From the NCBI RefSeq assembly GCF_009834535.1, contig NC_045706.1, positions 1,798,001 to 1,862,000 on the forward strand: a DNA stretch of 64,000 bases, given 5' to 3'. The DNA comes from Camelus ferus. Lineage: Eukaryota. The notes below the pieces were generated by a model, which saw nothing but the letters and a program-made list of their open reading frames with translations, was not told the DNA's origin and did not search any database. Position 1 is the first letter of the stretch, and the number at the start of each line of letters is the position of its first letter. Below, one piece after another: positions 1 through 10,405 of the stretch. A program made the position numbers and the translations under genes.

Positions 1-185
1 TTATCGTGCATCTGGCAAAACTCATAGAATGTTCAACACAAGCAGTGTGTGGTCAACTCTGGACTCTGATTAATAACAGTGTATCCGTGTTGGCTCAGAA
101 GGGGTAACACAGGGCGACCAGAGGGGAAACCGGGTCCGGGGGGGGGGGGTGTGGGCTCTCTGTGCCTCCTGCTCAACTTGCTGTG
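1..185 (+). mobile_element. Old L1 (L1MC-like) 3' end fragment
   Basis: aaaactcatagaatgttcaacacaa...ctctctgtgcctcctgctcaacttgctgtg resembles the recalled L1MC 3' UTR terminus. Confidence 0.6.
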
Positions 186-825
186 CGAAGAATTAGATGT
201 TCATCGACAGATGGCTGGATACAGATGTGGCATATATATACAATGGAGTGTTACTCAGCCATAAAAAAGCAAATAATGCCGTGCGCGGCAACGCGGACGG
301 ACCTGGAGACGGTCACACTAAGTGAAGGAAGTCAGACAGAGGCAAACGCCACGTGACACCACTTATACGCGGAAGGAAGAAATGACATAAATGAACTTAC
401 TTACAGAACAGAAACAGTCACAGAAAAGAAAACAAACTTACAGTGACCAGGAAGGAGAGAAGGGTAAATCGGGAGTCGGAGACGTGCAGATACCAACTGC
501 TATGCACAGACTAGATAAACCGCAAGGTCCTGCTGCGCAGCACAGGGAGCTACATTCAATAGCTTGTAGTAACTGGTAATGAAAGAGGGTGTGAGGGGCG
601 GGGGTGTGGCTCGGGGTGGAGCACGTGCTCATCACGCACCAGGCCCTGGGTTCAATCACCAGCCCCTCCATCAACAAATGAAGAAACAAATAAACCTAAT
701 TACTCCCCAGAAAAATAAAGAAGAAAGAGATTATGGAAAAGAGTGCATATATGTATAACTGAACCATTGTGCTGCACACCAGAAACTAACACAACACTGT
801 AGACCAACTAGACTTCAATTTTTTT
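186..825 (+). mobile_element. 5'-truncated L1 3' end (cetartiodactyl/camelid type), interrupted by a SINE
   Basis: Contains tactcagccataaaaaag...ggacctggag...cacagggagctacattcaatagcttgta and, after the SINE, tatgtataactgaa...aacacaacactgta. It is homologous to the copies at 44046 and 53442. Confidence 0.85.
594..720 (+). mobile_element. tRNA-derived camelid SINE (Vic-1-like)
   Basis: G-rich 5' end, degenerate A box (tggctcggggtgg), B box (ctgggttcaatcacc), and the characteristic tail aaataaacctaattactcccc followed by an A-rich run. Confidence 0.85.
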
Positions 826-1074
826 AATGTTAAAATTTTAAAAATTAAATTTAATCTTAAAAATCTGTATATGCCCATCATAGGGCCTTTGGAAATTACA
901 AAAAGACAAAGAGACACAATAGGATCAGGCGCTGTGTCCAGACCTCAGTCGGCTCCCAGCAGAGCAGCCAGGGTGAGGACGTGAAATGGAAGTCAGAGCA
1001 CCCCCCTCATTCCACCTCCTCCCACACCTGCCTCTCTGAGTGGAATCCTAGGTCAGCAACGTGCCTGTGTCCCT

Positions 1075-1370
1075 GCAAACCTGCCCCGCCGAGTCCCTCA
1101 TCTCTGCCCCTTGCCCAGCCCCTTCCAGCCTCCCTGGCCTCCTGGCAGCTGCTGGAGCACACTGGGTAGGCGTGCGCCTCAGGGCCTTTGCACCCCCTTC
1201 ACCTCTCCCCAACCTGCTCTTCCTCAGGTGCCAGTGTGGCTCCCTGCTTGCCTCCTGCAGGCCGTCACCTCTGCGTCCCCTTCCCAGTGAAGACCCTCCC
1301 CACAACCCCATTTAAAGCTGAAACCCGCCTACCAGTTCTTGGCCCTTTTCCCCGCTTTCCTTCCCTCTAA
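1075..1370 (+). mobile_element. L2 LINE 3' fragment
   Basis: cctcagggcctttgcac...ctcttcctcagg is a typical L2 3' motif in a pyrimidine-rich decayed context. Confidence 0.65.
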
Positions 1371-1871
1371 CCTGTGACATGAAGCAAATCAACAAGAAAA
1401 GCTTGCATGTGTGTCTTCCCCACCTGGATGCGGGGCCCCTGTGGGCAGGCCTCCCGTCTGCCTGGGCCACTGCTCTGCACCTGAGGGCTAGATCACCTTC
1501 GGCGTCTAGAGAGCCACGTGCAGCCGTGTTGAGTGAGTGACGCTGTCGTGTAGACACACAAGTGATCGCGTAATCTGCTCTGTTCGCTGAGCACCGCAGC
1601 AGCAGCAGCAGCCAAGTTACTTCTCTTTCAGGCAGGCATGTCCCCTGGTGCCTGCAAGCCTTGTGACGTCGCCCCCCCTGCACAGGTGACATTTGGGCAG
1701 GATGAGAGCTCGTCACGTTTATTTCTAGGACAGTGGCCCCGGGCTCAGGCTTCCAAGAAAGGGGGTTACCGCGCTCTTGTCTTCTGGGCGCTCACATGTC
1801 GCATAACGAAGTGGCATAGTCCCCAGTGGGCTCCGGGTGTGCGTGCTGACCTCCCTGTCCCTCCTCTGCAG

Positions 1872-2054
1872 GTGGCTGCCACAACAGTCTCAAGCCTGTC
1901 GGCAACGGCCCCACCATTGCCATCGCCGCCGCCGCAGCCATGGTCTCCGTGGACCCGGAGGGGCTGGGGGGCCCGGCCCCCTCCAGCGTGCAGCCCTGCC
2001 ACTTTCTGACGTTGGCACCCATCAAAATACCCCTGCGGACCGCACCCTTCTCCG
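1872..2054 (+). CDS. TCERG1L: Internal coding exon of transcription elongation regulator 1-like (equivalent to human exon 4), phase 1-1
   Basis: Polypyrimidine acceptor ctccctgtccctcctctgcag ends at 1871 and donor G|gtaaga starts at 2055. The exon is 183 nt with no stop. Its translation ...[43 protein letters not shown] matches the recalled human TCERG1L segment [43 protein letters not shown]. It is absent from the ORF track because it lacks its own start. Confidence 0.92.
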
Positions 2055-2949
2055 GTAAGACAGAGCCGCTCTCTCAAAGCCTTGGGCTGGTTCCAGAGCC
2101 CACAGCATGGTGACCAAGGCAGGAGCCTGCCAGCGCCCAGGCTCACAGTTCCCTGGGTTCTTGTGCCGGGAGCACCGGGGGGGGGGGAGCGCTCTCGGGA
2201 GGGATTCCGTGGGCTCGCTCCTCTTCAGAGCACACAATGGACCTCAGCTCCGTCGAGCAAGGTCTCGTGAGTCCGCCCAGGGGCTTCCTGCCCTAACGCA
2301 GACAGTTTAAAGTTTCTGTTTAAAGACGTGGGGTGTCTCTTTACTAACTTCACGGGGAGCGATGCGCGTGACTGAGGAATTTCTAATTGTCTTATGTGGA
2401 GCTTGGAAGAAAGCAAAGGGAAGGTGCTGGAAAATAGTTAAGCCTCTGAGTTAATGAAACGCACAAACGTGCAAAGCTCAGACTTGCAAGGGGCTCTCAC
2501 TGAGTCGTCCCTCCTGGGCCGGCCAGCTGGGCCCAGTCTGCACACACGGCGGGGTCCTTCCACCACGGCGGGACCTGTGCGGAAGCCCACTGAAGCGGCC
2601 ACCGAGGCGCGGGGTCCACACGTGCGGCGGGTGTGCTGTTCTGAGCGCTCGTGGCAGACGCGGGGCCGGTAGGCTTCGTGGTACTGTGCTGAGACGTGCG
2701 AGGAAGGGCTCTAGAGGGAGATGAGGGCCCTGGTCCTGGGTCGGCTGCAACCCTGCGGTCTAAGCGCGTTCTCGCTTGTGCGCGCTCGTCTGCTAACTGT
2801 GGCCAGGACTCCGTGTGCCCAGGCCATAACAGTGAGTGCAGGTTGGGCCTGCCCTTAAAGCGACAAGAGCAGCCTTGAGCAGGAGTGGCACTTAGTGAGG
2901 GCTGGAGTCTCGCGAGCTGGTGCCGTTGCCTGGCTTGTGGTTTTTCTCG

Positions 2950-3091
2950 TGCTACGATAAGGTTTGGATAGAAATTCTGTGGGATGATAATATTAATTCT
3001 CTACTAGAGTTAATGCTAGGATTGCACACTAGTATCAGATTAATTGCTAGGGGATCAGTGACAGGGAACATCGCTAGGTTGTGAGAGAGAG

Positions 3092-3125
<34 letters not shown>

Positions 3126-3300
3126 CAACCTGGTTTTATTATATTTCAGTTGTGGGAGTGCCCTTGGTTTTCTGGGCTTCTTTCTAGTAAATCTGATGTG
3201 GTCTTCCCGACGCTGGACCCCGGCTTCCATACTTCGAAGTTGACTTGATAAATTGGGCGGTTAATAGACTGTGGTAGTCGCAGGAACTTACGTCTGTTTC
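2950..3300 (-). mobile_element. Possible very old L1 fragment containing a (GT)15 insertion
   Basis: AT-rich stretch with only weak resemblance to antisense L1 ORF2 as recalled; family uncertain. Confidence 0.3.
3094..3123 (+). repeat. (GT)15 microsatellite
   Basis: Perfect dinucleotide run seen directly. Confidence 0.95.
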
Positions 3301-3779
3301 GGTTTGTCACTGAGCAGGCACTTCAGGTGCGATGGGGAAATAAATAAAACACGTAGATAGTCTCTTGTGTGGAACATAATTTACAGCTGTGTCAAGATTT
3401 TGGTTAAAATCCATCAGTTCATTGGTGTTTTTTAATGATGACTTACTGTTTTCTGAGCAGATTAATCCTAGAAAGAACCCAAGACCAAACCCCGTGCTCC
3501 CCGGGGGCGGCTTCGCTCTGCACGTTCTGTTGTGTGATTTATACAGTGACATAATAACCAGGCGTCTCTCCATGTCTGTGTTTCCTAAGGCTCTATGATC
3601 AAATCTGCCACCATGTGCATTCAGTTAGAGAAAGGCCGCCCCCACAGTGTCTGTCCTGTAGGTAACGGCCACGTGGGCAGCCAGGGAGACCAAGGGGCAG
3701 CCCTCGACAGGTGGCTTCTGAGGCTGCCTTTGTCATGCTGGCGTTGACCCCTCTGCTCTGGAAACCCTGATCACTACTG

Positions 3780-3990
3780 GGTTGAAACAGGGGTGGCGGC
3801 CCGGACCGTGGCCCCAGCCCGGCGGGCGGCCTCTGAGCTCCAGGGCCAGTCCCGGGCGTGAGCGCAGGGGGTGGCGCTCCCACGGCTGCCCCGGAAGTGG
3901 TTCTCCGGGAGGCAGGGCCGCCTAGCCGCGCTGACGGCCGCAGAGGGCACCTGAGAGAGACTGCCCGCGCGCAGGGTGGAGCCCTGCACA
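3780..3990. promoter_or_regulatory. CpG-dense patch with ETS motif CCGGAAGTG (3891-3899)
   Basis: High CpG density, an exact ETS/GABP consensus, and a weak CTCF-like gccgcagagggcacc. Function is not shown by sequence. Confidence 0.3.
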
Positions 3991-5058
3991 CAGTTCCCCC
4001 GAATGCTTTCTGAAAACCGAGGCTTGAAGGAGACGAGGGCAGACGCTCCGTCTACCAGAGCTGTGTTTTAACCACCGTCGGTGGCCCCGTGAGGTGACAT
4101 CGGGTGAGGCTGAAGCGCTGCCCGTCCTGACGTGTGTCCTCAGCGGAGGTCCACGCGTTCTGCTAGCAAGTCCCTAAGCCCCTTCACACAGGTGCCTGGG
4201 GCGGGGGTGGGGAGAGGGGAGGGGGGCTGGGGGGCGGGGCAGAGGGGACAGATGGCACCGACAGCAAAAGACACCTCCCCCCAGCCCAGAAGAACGCAGC
4301 CCTGTGCCGTCTGCTCCTCGTCCAGATGGACTTCACTAAAGCCAGTAGGCGTTCACGTGTCTGCAGGTACACAGCCCTGCTTTCATTCAGATGGCAGTGA
4401 TTCCCATCTTAGACAAGTGAGCCTTGCATGCACACCCTCGGCTTGGTAATCAAAGCCAGGTGGCCGGACGCCCAACGCGCCTTAGCTTTGCGGCTCTCAG
4501 CTGAGGGCAGTTCTGCCCCCAGGAGACACTAGCTGATGGCCAGGGACAGTTTTGGTCTCTGCGGCCCGGGGGTTGCTCCTGGGGTCTCGGCCGTAGAGAC
4601 CAGGCCTTCTGCCGCACGTCCTCCAGCCGAGGGCAGCCCTGTGGCGGAGGGCCGTCTGGCCCCGGATGGTGGCAGCGCCTCCTGCGAGAAGCCCTGGTTC
4701 ACGCTCTACAGCTGTGTCTAAACGGCACCAGCCAGGGCTGCTGGGTAAAGACGCTCGCCCGGGGGGGGCTGACCTGGCACCTGCCGGATCCGCAAGGAGG
4801 AAGGAAGATCGGTCACAGCTTACCCTGAATTAGATGCCTATAATGTGATTTAGAATTTCGAGGAAGATACCCTGTTTAAAGAACTCACAATCCGTTCCAA
4901 ATTCAACCAAAAGCTGGGTTTTCTCTTTCCAAGTCTTGCCACCACGTGCAGCCAAGTCGCACCTCCCTGTGGCTCTTCCAAAGGCCCTGGGCTCGCCTGG
5001 GGTCTCCCGCTGGCCTCGTGCTCAGTCTGTTCACTTGCTCGTCCCCTTCCCAGCCTGT

Positions 5059-5072
5059 GAGCCACCTGCTGG
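5059..5072 (-). promoter_or_regulatory. Candidate CTCF motif
   Basis: Reverse complement reads CCAGCAGGTGGCTC, matching the CTCF core CCASYAGRKGGC. Confidence 0.4.
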
Positions 5073-6779
5073 GGGCGGGGGGGGGTTCCCTCTCCCGCCC
5101 CACCTGCTGCGGTGCTGGGGGCTGAACTGATGACCCCGTGCAATGCGCTCCCCAGCGATGTCCCAGGCTTCGGTGTCCTTTCTCCTGACTGCGCGTCGGG
5201 AGGTTGGACACAGCCCATTCCACCAGGAACATGACTCTAGGGCTGTTTCTCTCATGCTCGCTCCTGAGTCGGGGGCGAGGTAGAAGGAAGGGCAGGCGGA
5301 GCAGGGGGTTTGCCTGGAGAGATCCCGTCAGAAGACCCTCGAACGTGGGCTGGGAGCCGGGCTGAGGGAGAGTGAGGGGTGGGTGGGCTGGAAGCCTCTC
5401 CGCATTGCTGCCTTTAAGCAGGTCTCAGCTGAACCAGTTTGCCCCGTTCTCAGCTGGCCCTTCAAGCCTTAGCATTTCAGGTTAAAGAAGGAACACGTTT
5501 CGGGGAAAAAACGTACCTTGTCTCCTATTTCTTAGTTTTTAAGGAGAACGTGAAGTTCTTCGGGGAGACGGGAGACGTTGCAGAAGGGCTTGCCCGAGCG
5601 ATGGGGACTTCCTTCCTGGTCCCCCTCCAGGCTGGACTCCCCGACCTGCGCCCACTCGGCCGTCCCCTCCGCGTCACGGGGCGGGGCGAAGGGGGGCGCC
5701 CACATTCAGGGGTGGAAATGCCACGCAGCGCCAGCGCCAGCGCCGGCCCCGGTTTGATGAAACAGATGAAGTGATTCTTTTATTAAGGATGCTGGTAGCT
5801 GTTTTTGAAACTTCACCCACTGTTTCGTAAGCATTCGAGTGAAAAAGGTGAGACATGAGCGATGGCGAGGGTCTCCAGTAAAGCAAGGGGCTCTCGAACA
5901 CGACGGTTAAGGAGTGCCATCTGCCTCGGAGCCGTTTACCGCCTGTTCTTGTGCTTCCAGAACTATTCAGTGGTCTAAATTTAGCACCGTGTCCTGCCAC
6001 AGGGCAGCTGGGAAGTGGCTGTTCTTCCCTCTGTCAGGAGCCTACCAGCCGGGCTGCATCGCAAGTCAGGGAAGTCGCCAAGCCGGGGTCTCAGCGCCGC
6101 CCTGGGGCCGCCCGTGCTGGCAAGGCTCTGCCGTGGCCAGGCAGCCTTCTCTCTTTTTATCCAGGAATTGTTTCCTCCTCCACCATCATCAAAAATGTCA
6201 TAATACATATTAACATTTTAGAGATTTGTAGCAACAAAAATCTTGCCGCAACGTAATTACTCACACCCCAGAGGGCCTGCGACGCCGCTGGCTTCTGTGA
6301 GGGGGGCGCGTGTGTTTCTAATGGAGACACTGAGCTGCTGTTAGAAGGAAGCTTACTTGGATTTAAGCAAACAAAAAAAGACTCTGTACAGCTTGTCGTC
6401 CACAAGTGAATGCGTGTTAAGGGTGCAAGACACAAACAGGCAAGCAGGTGTCTTGACATTTGGGCCGTGCCAGGTGCAGAATTTTCTAAGCGGAGCCCCC
6501 ACTGCCCCTATCAGCTGGGAAGCGTGTTCCAGATTAGTCCATGTGGAAGAGCCCTCCTGCGGCCTGTCTGCCCTGGGCCGCCCCGCTCCTGCCGCCTTCC
6601 CATCTGCATTGCCACCTCCAGTTCACTCGTTCTTTGAAAAGCAAAATTGGCGATCCACCTTGCACACAGAAGCGCGTGTATGTTCGTGCGGGTATAAGGG
6701 ACGCGGATACAGCAGACCCCCCACGTACCTCCCTCCCTCTGAGCCCAAGCAATTAGGTGTTTCTGTCCCCCCAGCCCCT

Positions 6780-7120
6780 TCAGGAACAATTACTCTCCTG
6801 AACGTGTGCCAACCATTCCTATGCTGTTTGTTTGTTTGTTTGTTTTAAGAAATATGTTTACATACAAGCATTATTCCCAAAGCATATACTTCAGAATTTA
6901 GGTGCTCTTTGAATTTTATGTAAGTGTAATCATGACTCGCACATTCTCCTGTGATGGCCTTTTCTGCTCAAAATGATGGGTTTCTTTCCTGATCATCCCT
7001 GCTGACCTGGTGATGCGGCCACGTTCACTTTGGTGTAGCATGTGTGGGTTGGCGCGTCGTCCGCTCTGCCGCTGGCAGGGCTGCATCTGGGCTGGTCTCT
7101 GACGCGGCCGCGCAGTTGTC
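6780..7120 (-). mobile_element. Old L1 (L1ME-like) 3' UTR fragment
   Basis: tttgaattttatgtaagtgtaatcat...cttttctgctcaaaatgatg resembles antisense L1ME (tttgaactttatataaatggaatcat...cttttgctcaacattatg). Confidence 0.55.
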
Positions 7121-7489
7121 CCTCCTTCCTTTGGGGTCCTTGGTGTTCCTCCCAGGTTTGGGATGCGGGGCAGAGGGGGTCCTGGCACAGATCTCTGCAG
7201 CCCGGGGTGTGCGGGACCCTCTCCCTCCAGTGTCCCGGGCACTCTTACCCTAGATAACAGCTCACCCCAGCTTTACCTCGGCTCCTGTTTCTCCCTCGGG
7301 CTCTGGCTTGGGAGACCAGTTTCCCGCTGGACACCTGCACTTCCGGATGGCATCTCAAACCGTGCTTTTCCGTCAAGGCAGTATTGATTTCCCACTGCGG
7401 TCCTGCTCAGAACACAGGACAGAGCCAGGGAGCCAGTTTCTCCTGCAGCCTTCTGGGCAAGCGAGCCCCTTCTTCCCGAGTTCTCCCTA

Positions 7490-8110
7490 ATTCGTAAACT
7501 GCACCCCATCTGTCCAGCTGTTTGAGCCCAGCACCCAGGCGTCATCCTTGGTTCCTTCTTTGCCTGACCCCTCACTTCCAGTCCATCAGCACTGCTGTCC
7601 CTCCTTCCAGTCTAGGTCCCACGCCTGGCTTCCTGCTCCAAACTAACGTGATCTTCCGACCTTTTGCCTGGAGCCGCTGCCCGTAATCTCTCTGCTTCCT
7701 CTCACCCTTACCAGCCACTTTCCCACACAGGAGCCAGAGTTCAGTTCTCAAAGAGGCACCTCAGACCAAGCCTCCCCCTGCTGAAAACCCTCAGTGACTG
7801 TCCTCCACGGGGCATCGAGCAAACCCTAACCTTCTCCCCAGCGCCTCCCAAGCCCAGCGTCCGTGACCCGGCTGACGCTCTGGTGCCGGTCCCGCTCTCC
7901 GTCTTCCCACCCGCCTCACCCGCCTGCCGCTGGTCCCTCAAACACGTCACGTCTGGCTGCCTCAGGGCCTCTGCGCTGGCCGTTGCCCCGCCTTGGAGGC
8001 TCTCCCCCATCACCCAGGCCCAGCTGAGAGGGGCCCCGTCCCTCCGTCCTGTGCTGAAGTCCCTTCTCCTCCCCTGTCGCTTACTTTGCAGCGCTTCTCC
8101 CTGTCTGGGG
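7490..8110 (+). mobile_element. L2 LINE fragment
   Basis: L2 motifs occur in order: ggcgtcatccttggttcc, cacacaggagccagagt, cccctgctgaaaaccctcagtg, ctgcctcagggcctctgc. Confidence 0.75.
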
Positions 8111-8709
8111 TGATCCTGATGTCTCTCTGCTGCCAGCCACCTCTCAAGCCCAACGCTGGACCCAGGCGGACCAGGGCCTCCTGAGTCGTATTCGTCACGA
8201 GCCACTGCCAAGGGCAGTGCTGGGGGCAAAGCCGTCTCCCCGCGACTCTGCTGAAGGAAGGCATCCGCCCCTGCGTTCTGTCTGAGGGAGGGGAGGGTGA
8301 CGGGCCCGCCTGAGCATGTGCACGCTGCACCCCACCCCGGCTCAGTCCTCACACACAGGGGAGGAAACGGGGCAGCTGTCCACATGCCAGGGCCTCTCGG
8401 GTGCTCGGGCTGTGGAACCCGGCTCCTGAGGTCACTCTTCACCACGCGTTGACCGGGACGTCCAGTCCGGAGGCTCAGCAGGAAACCAGGCCATTTGCTG
8501 AGGGACTTCAAGCTTTCACCCTGAAAAGGCTCTTGGCCCCCATACAGCTCATCCCATTCCTTAAGCTGGGAGACAGAGTGGGAGGTGGGTGAAGGCCTCC
8601 TCACCTGAGTGCCAAAGACAGGAAGGTAAGAGCCAGCCCAGAGCTCAGCCCACCTTCCCGAGGGCCGTGCTTGTCTTTCGTAAGCACCACCGTCAGGCCC
8701 TCCTCCCAC

Positions 8710-8975
8710 CGACCCCTCCCCCACCAACCTCTCCCCATCAACCCTCCCCCACCAACCCCTCCCCATCAACCCTCCCCCACCAACCCCTCCCCATCAACCC
8801 TCCCTCCACCAACCTCTCCCCATCAACCCTCCCCCACCAACCCCTCCCCATCAACCCTCCCCCACCAACCTCTCCCCATCAACCCTCCCCCACCAACCTC
8901 TCCCCATCAACCCTCCCCCACCAACCTCTCCCCATCAACCCTCCCCACCAGCCCCTCCCCCATCACCCTCTTCCC
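8710..8975 (+). repeat. 28-bp C-rich minisatellite (~8 units of accaacc[t/c]ctccccatcaaccctccccc)
   Basis: Units start at 8723, 8751, 8779, 8808, 8836, 8864, 8892 and 8920. Each unit is a dimer of related 14-mers. Confidence 0.95.
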
Positions 8976-10405
8976 CGCCCCTCCCCCAGCCCCAGTTCAC
9001 AATCAGCAGTAGAGCCACTGTGCTCAGATCCATGACCTTCTGACCAGGACTCTGGTCAGGCTACTGGCGCCATAGCGACGCTGACTACATTCAGCCCTGG
9101 GGCCCGTCCAGGCAGAGGGGACTGCCAGGCTGCACTCACACACGGGGGGCCTGCGGTATGATCCCTGGGCTGGGCCTCGGCTCCTCTGGGGGGTGGCATT
9201 TTAAGAAGAGACTGGGAAGGACTGTGAGCAAACGGGCCTGCAGACAGAGGAAGGGGCTGTCGCTCTCAGGGAGGAAATCCTCGAAGGGGCTTGGGTGCTG
9301 CCTGAGGTCCCGGGGCTGCGGCCACGAGCCGGCACACTGTCTGCCCCCAGTGGCTGTAACTAGAGCGGCCGCTCCTTCCTGGGCCGCCGGCTCGCCTCGT
9401 CTGTGATGACAGCCCTGGTGGAAACGGTGCCCGTCCGTGGCCAGCGGCCAGAGGCAGCAGGAGTGGCACCTGGTTGGGGGGGAGGGGATGAGGCGCCTGG
9501 ATGTGCACTCGCTGGGGAAAGCCGGTCGCAGGAGCCCCTGGGAGGGCCTTCAGGCCCAGCTGCTCTGGTTGTAACTCTCTGACAGACCTTTGGTGTGTGA
9601 GCAGGACCAAGGCCGCACACAGAACCGTGCCTGTGCGGGAGCGTGCGGGTCTTCGCTTGCTCAATGGCCTGTGTCGGTGAGGGAGCTGGCATGTTGCTCT
9701 CGGGTGCTTCCTTTCGCTAAGGAGGGGCTGTTGGAAGGTCCTATCCATGGTCTCAGTCTTATCAACGCCGAGGGTTAGAGGGTGAGCTTCCTCATCCAGC
9801 AGCATGCGAGCTCCTCACTGCCTTAAAAAGTCAGCTGGAAGCTGCGCCCATCAGCTACTGCAGGAAGGAGAGGGGGAGGGCGCTGCGCTGGAGCAGACCC
9901 GGGCCAGCGCCGGCTGTCACGTCCGCCTCCCATTCCCTGATCTGATGTAAGAATGGCTGTGCTCAGACCTGTGTGATGAACGGCGTCCAGGATCCAGCTC
10001 ACCAGCCGTGTGTCTCCTGGGCTCCCAGGGTTCTTGGGATGAGACTTTGCAAACTCAGGTGCACAGGCCATCTTTCCATTCGGGGGAAATGGTGGGGACA
10101 TGGAGCCCTGCTTGGTACCGGGGTCCCAGGCTCCCCAGTCCCTTGTCTCAGCATGCATTAAGCCCACCCGGGGACAGGCTGCAGGACCACCTTCATGAGG
10201 AAAGGAAGAGAGGAAGGATGCTCCCGGGCGGACCCTCAGACAGCAGCAGGGACACGGCGTCAGAGCTGACACCCGCATGCTAACAGCTGTGCTCCCCCTG
10301 CCCCCCGCTCCCGCGGCCTTTCCTCTCCTTGTGTTCACATCCCAGCCCCTTCCTGGAAGCCCAGTTGTGAGCTGACCTCGTCCGTGGTGCCTGCCTTGAC
10401 CCCTT

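Larger units (their letters stand above)
1..1871 (+). other. TCERG1L: 3' part of the TCERG1L intron upstream of the exon
   Basis: Lies 5' of the acceptor at 1870-1871 and consists of repeats and non-coding sequence. Confidence 0.8.

Noticed and set aside
594-720. tRNA-like A/B boxes here and at 15109-15315
   Set aside because: These are SINE heads with SINE tails and no intact cloverleaf, so they are not tRNA genes.
7741-8769. Longest ORF (342 aa, minus strand), and other long ORFs such as 29147-29914, 35089-35796 and 57577-58242
   Set aside because: No recognisable domain, low-complexity G/P/R/A composition, overlap with L2 or minisatellite DNA, and open frames on both strands, as expected for stop-poor GC-rich sequence.
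8589-9035. Proline-rich extensin-like ORFs
   Set aside because: They are translations of the 28-bp C-rich minisatellite.
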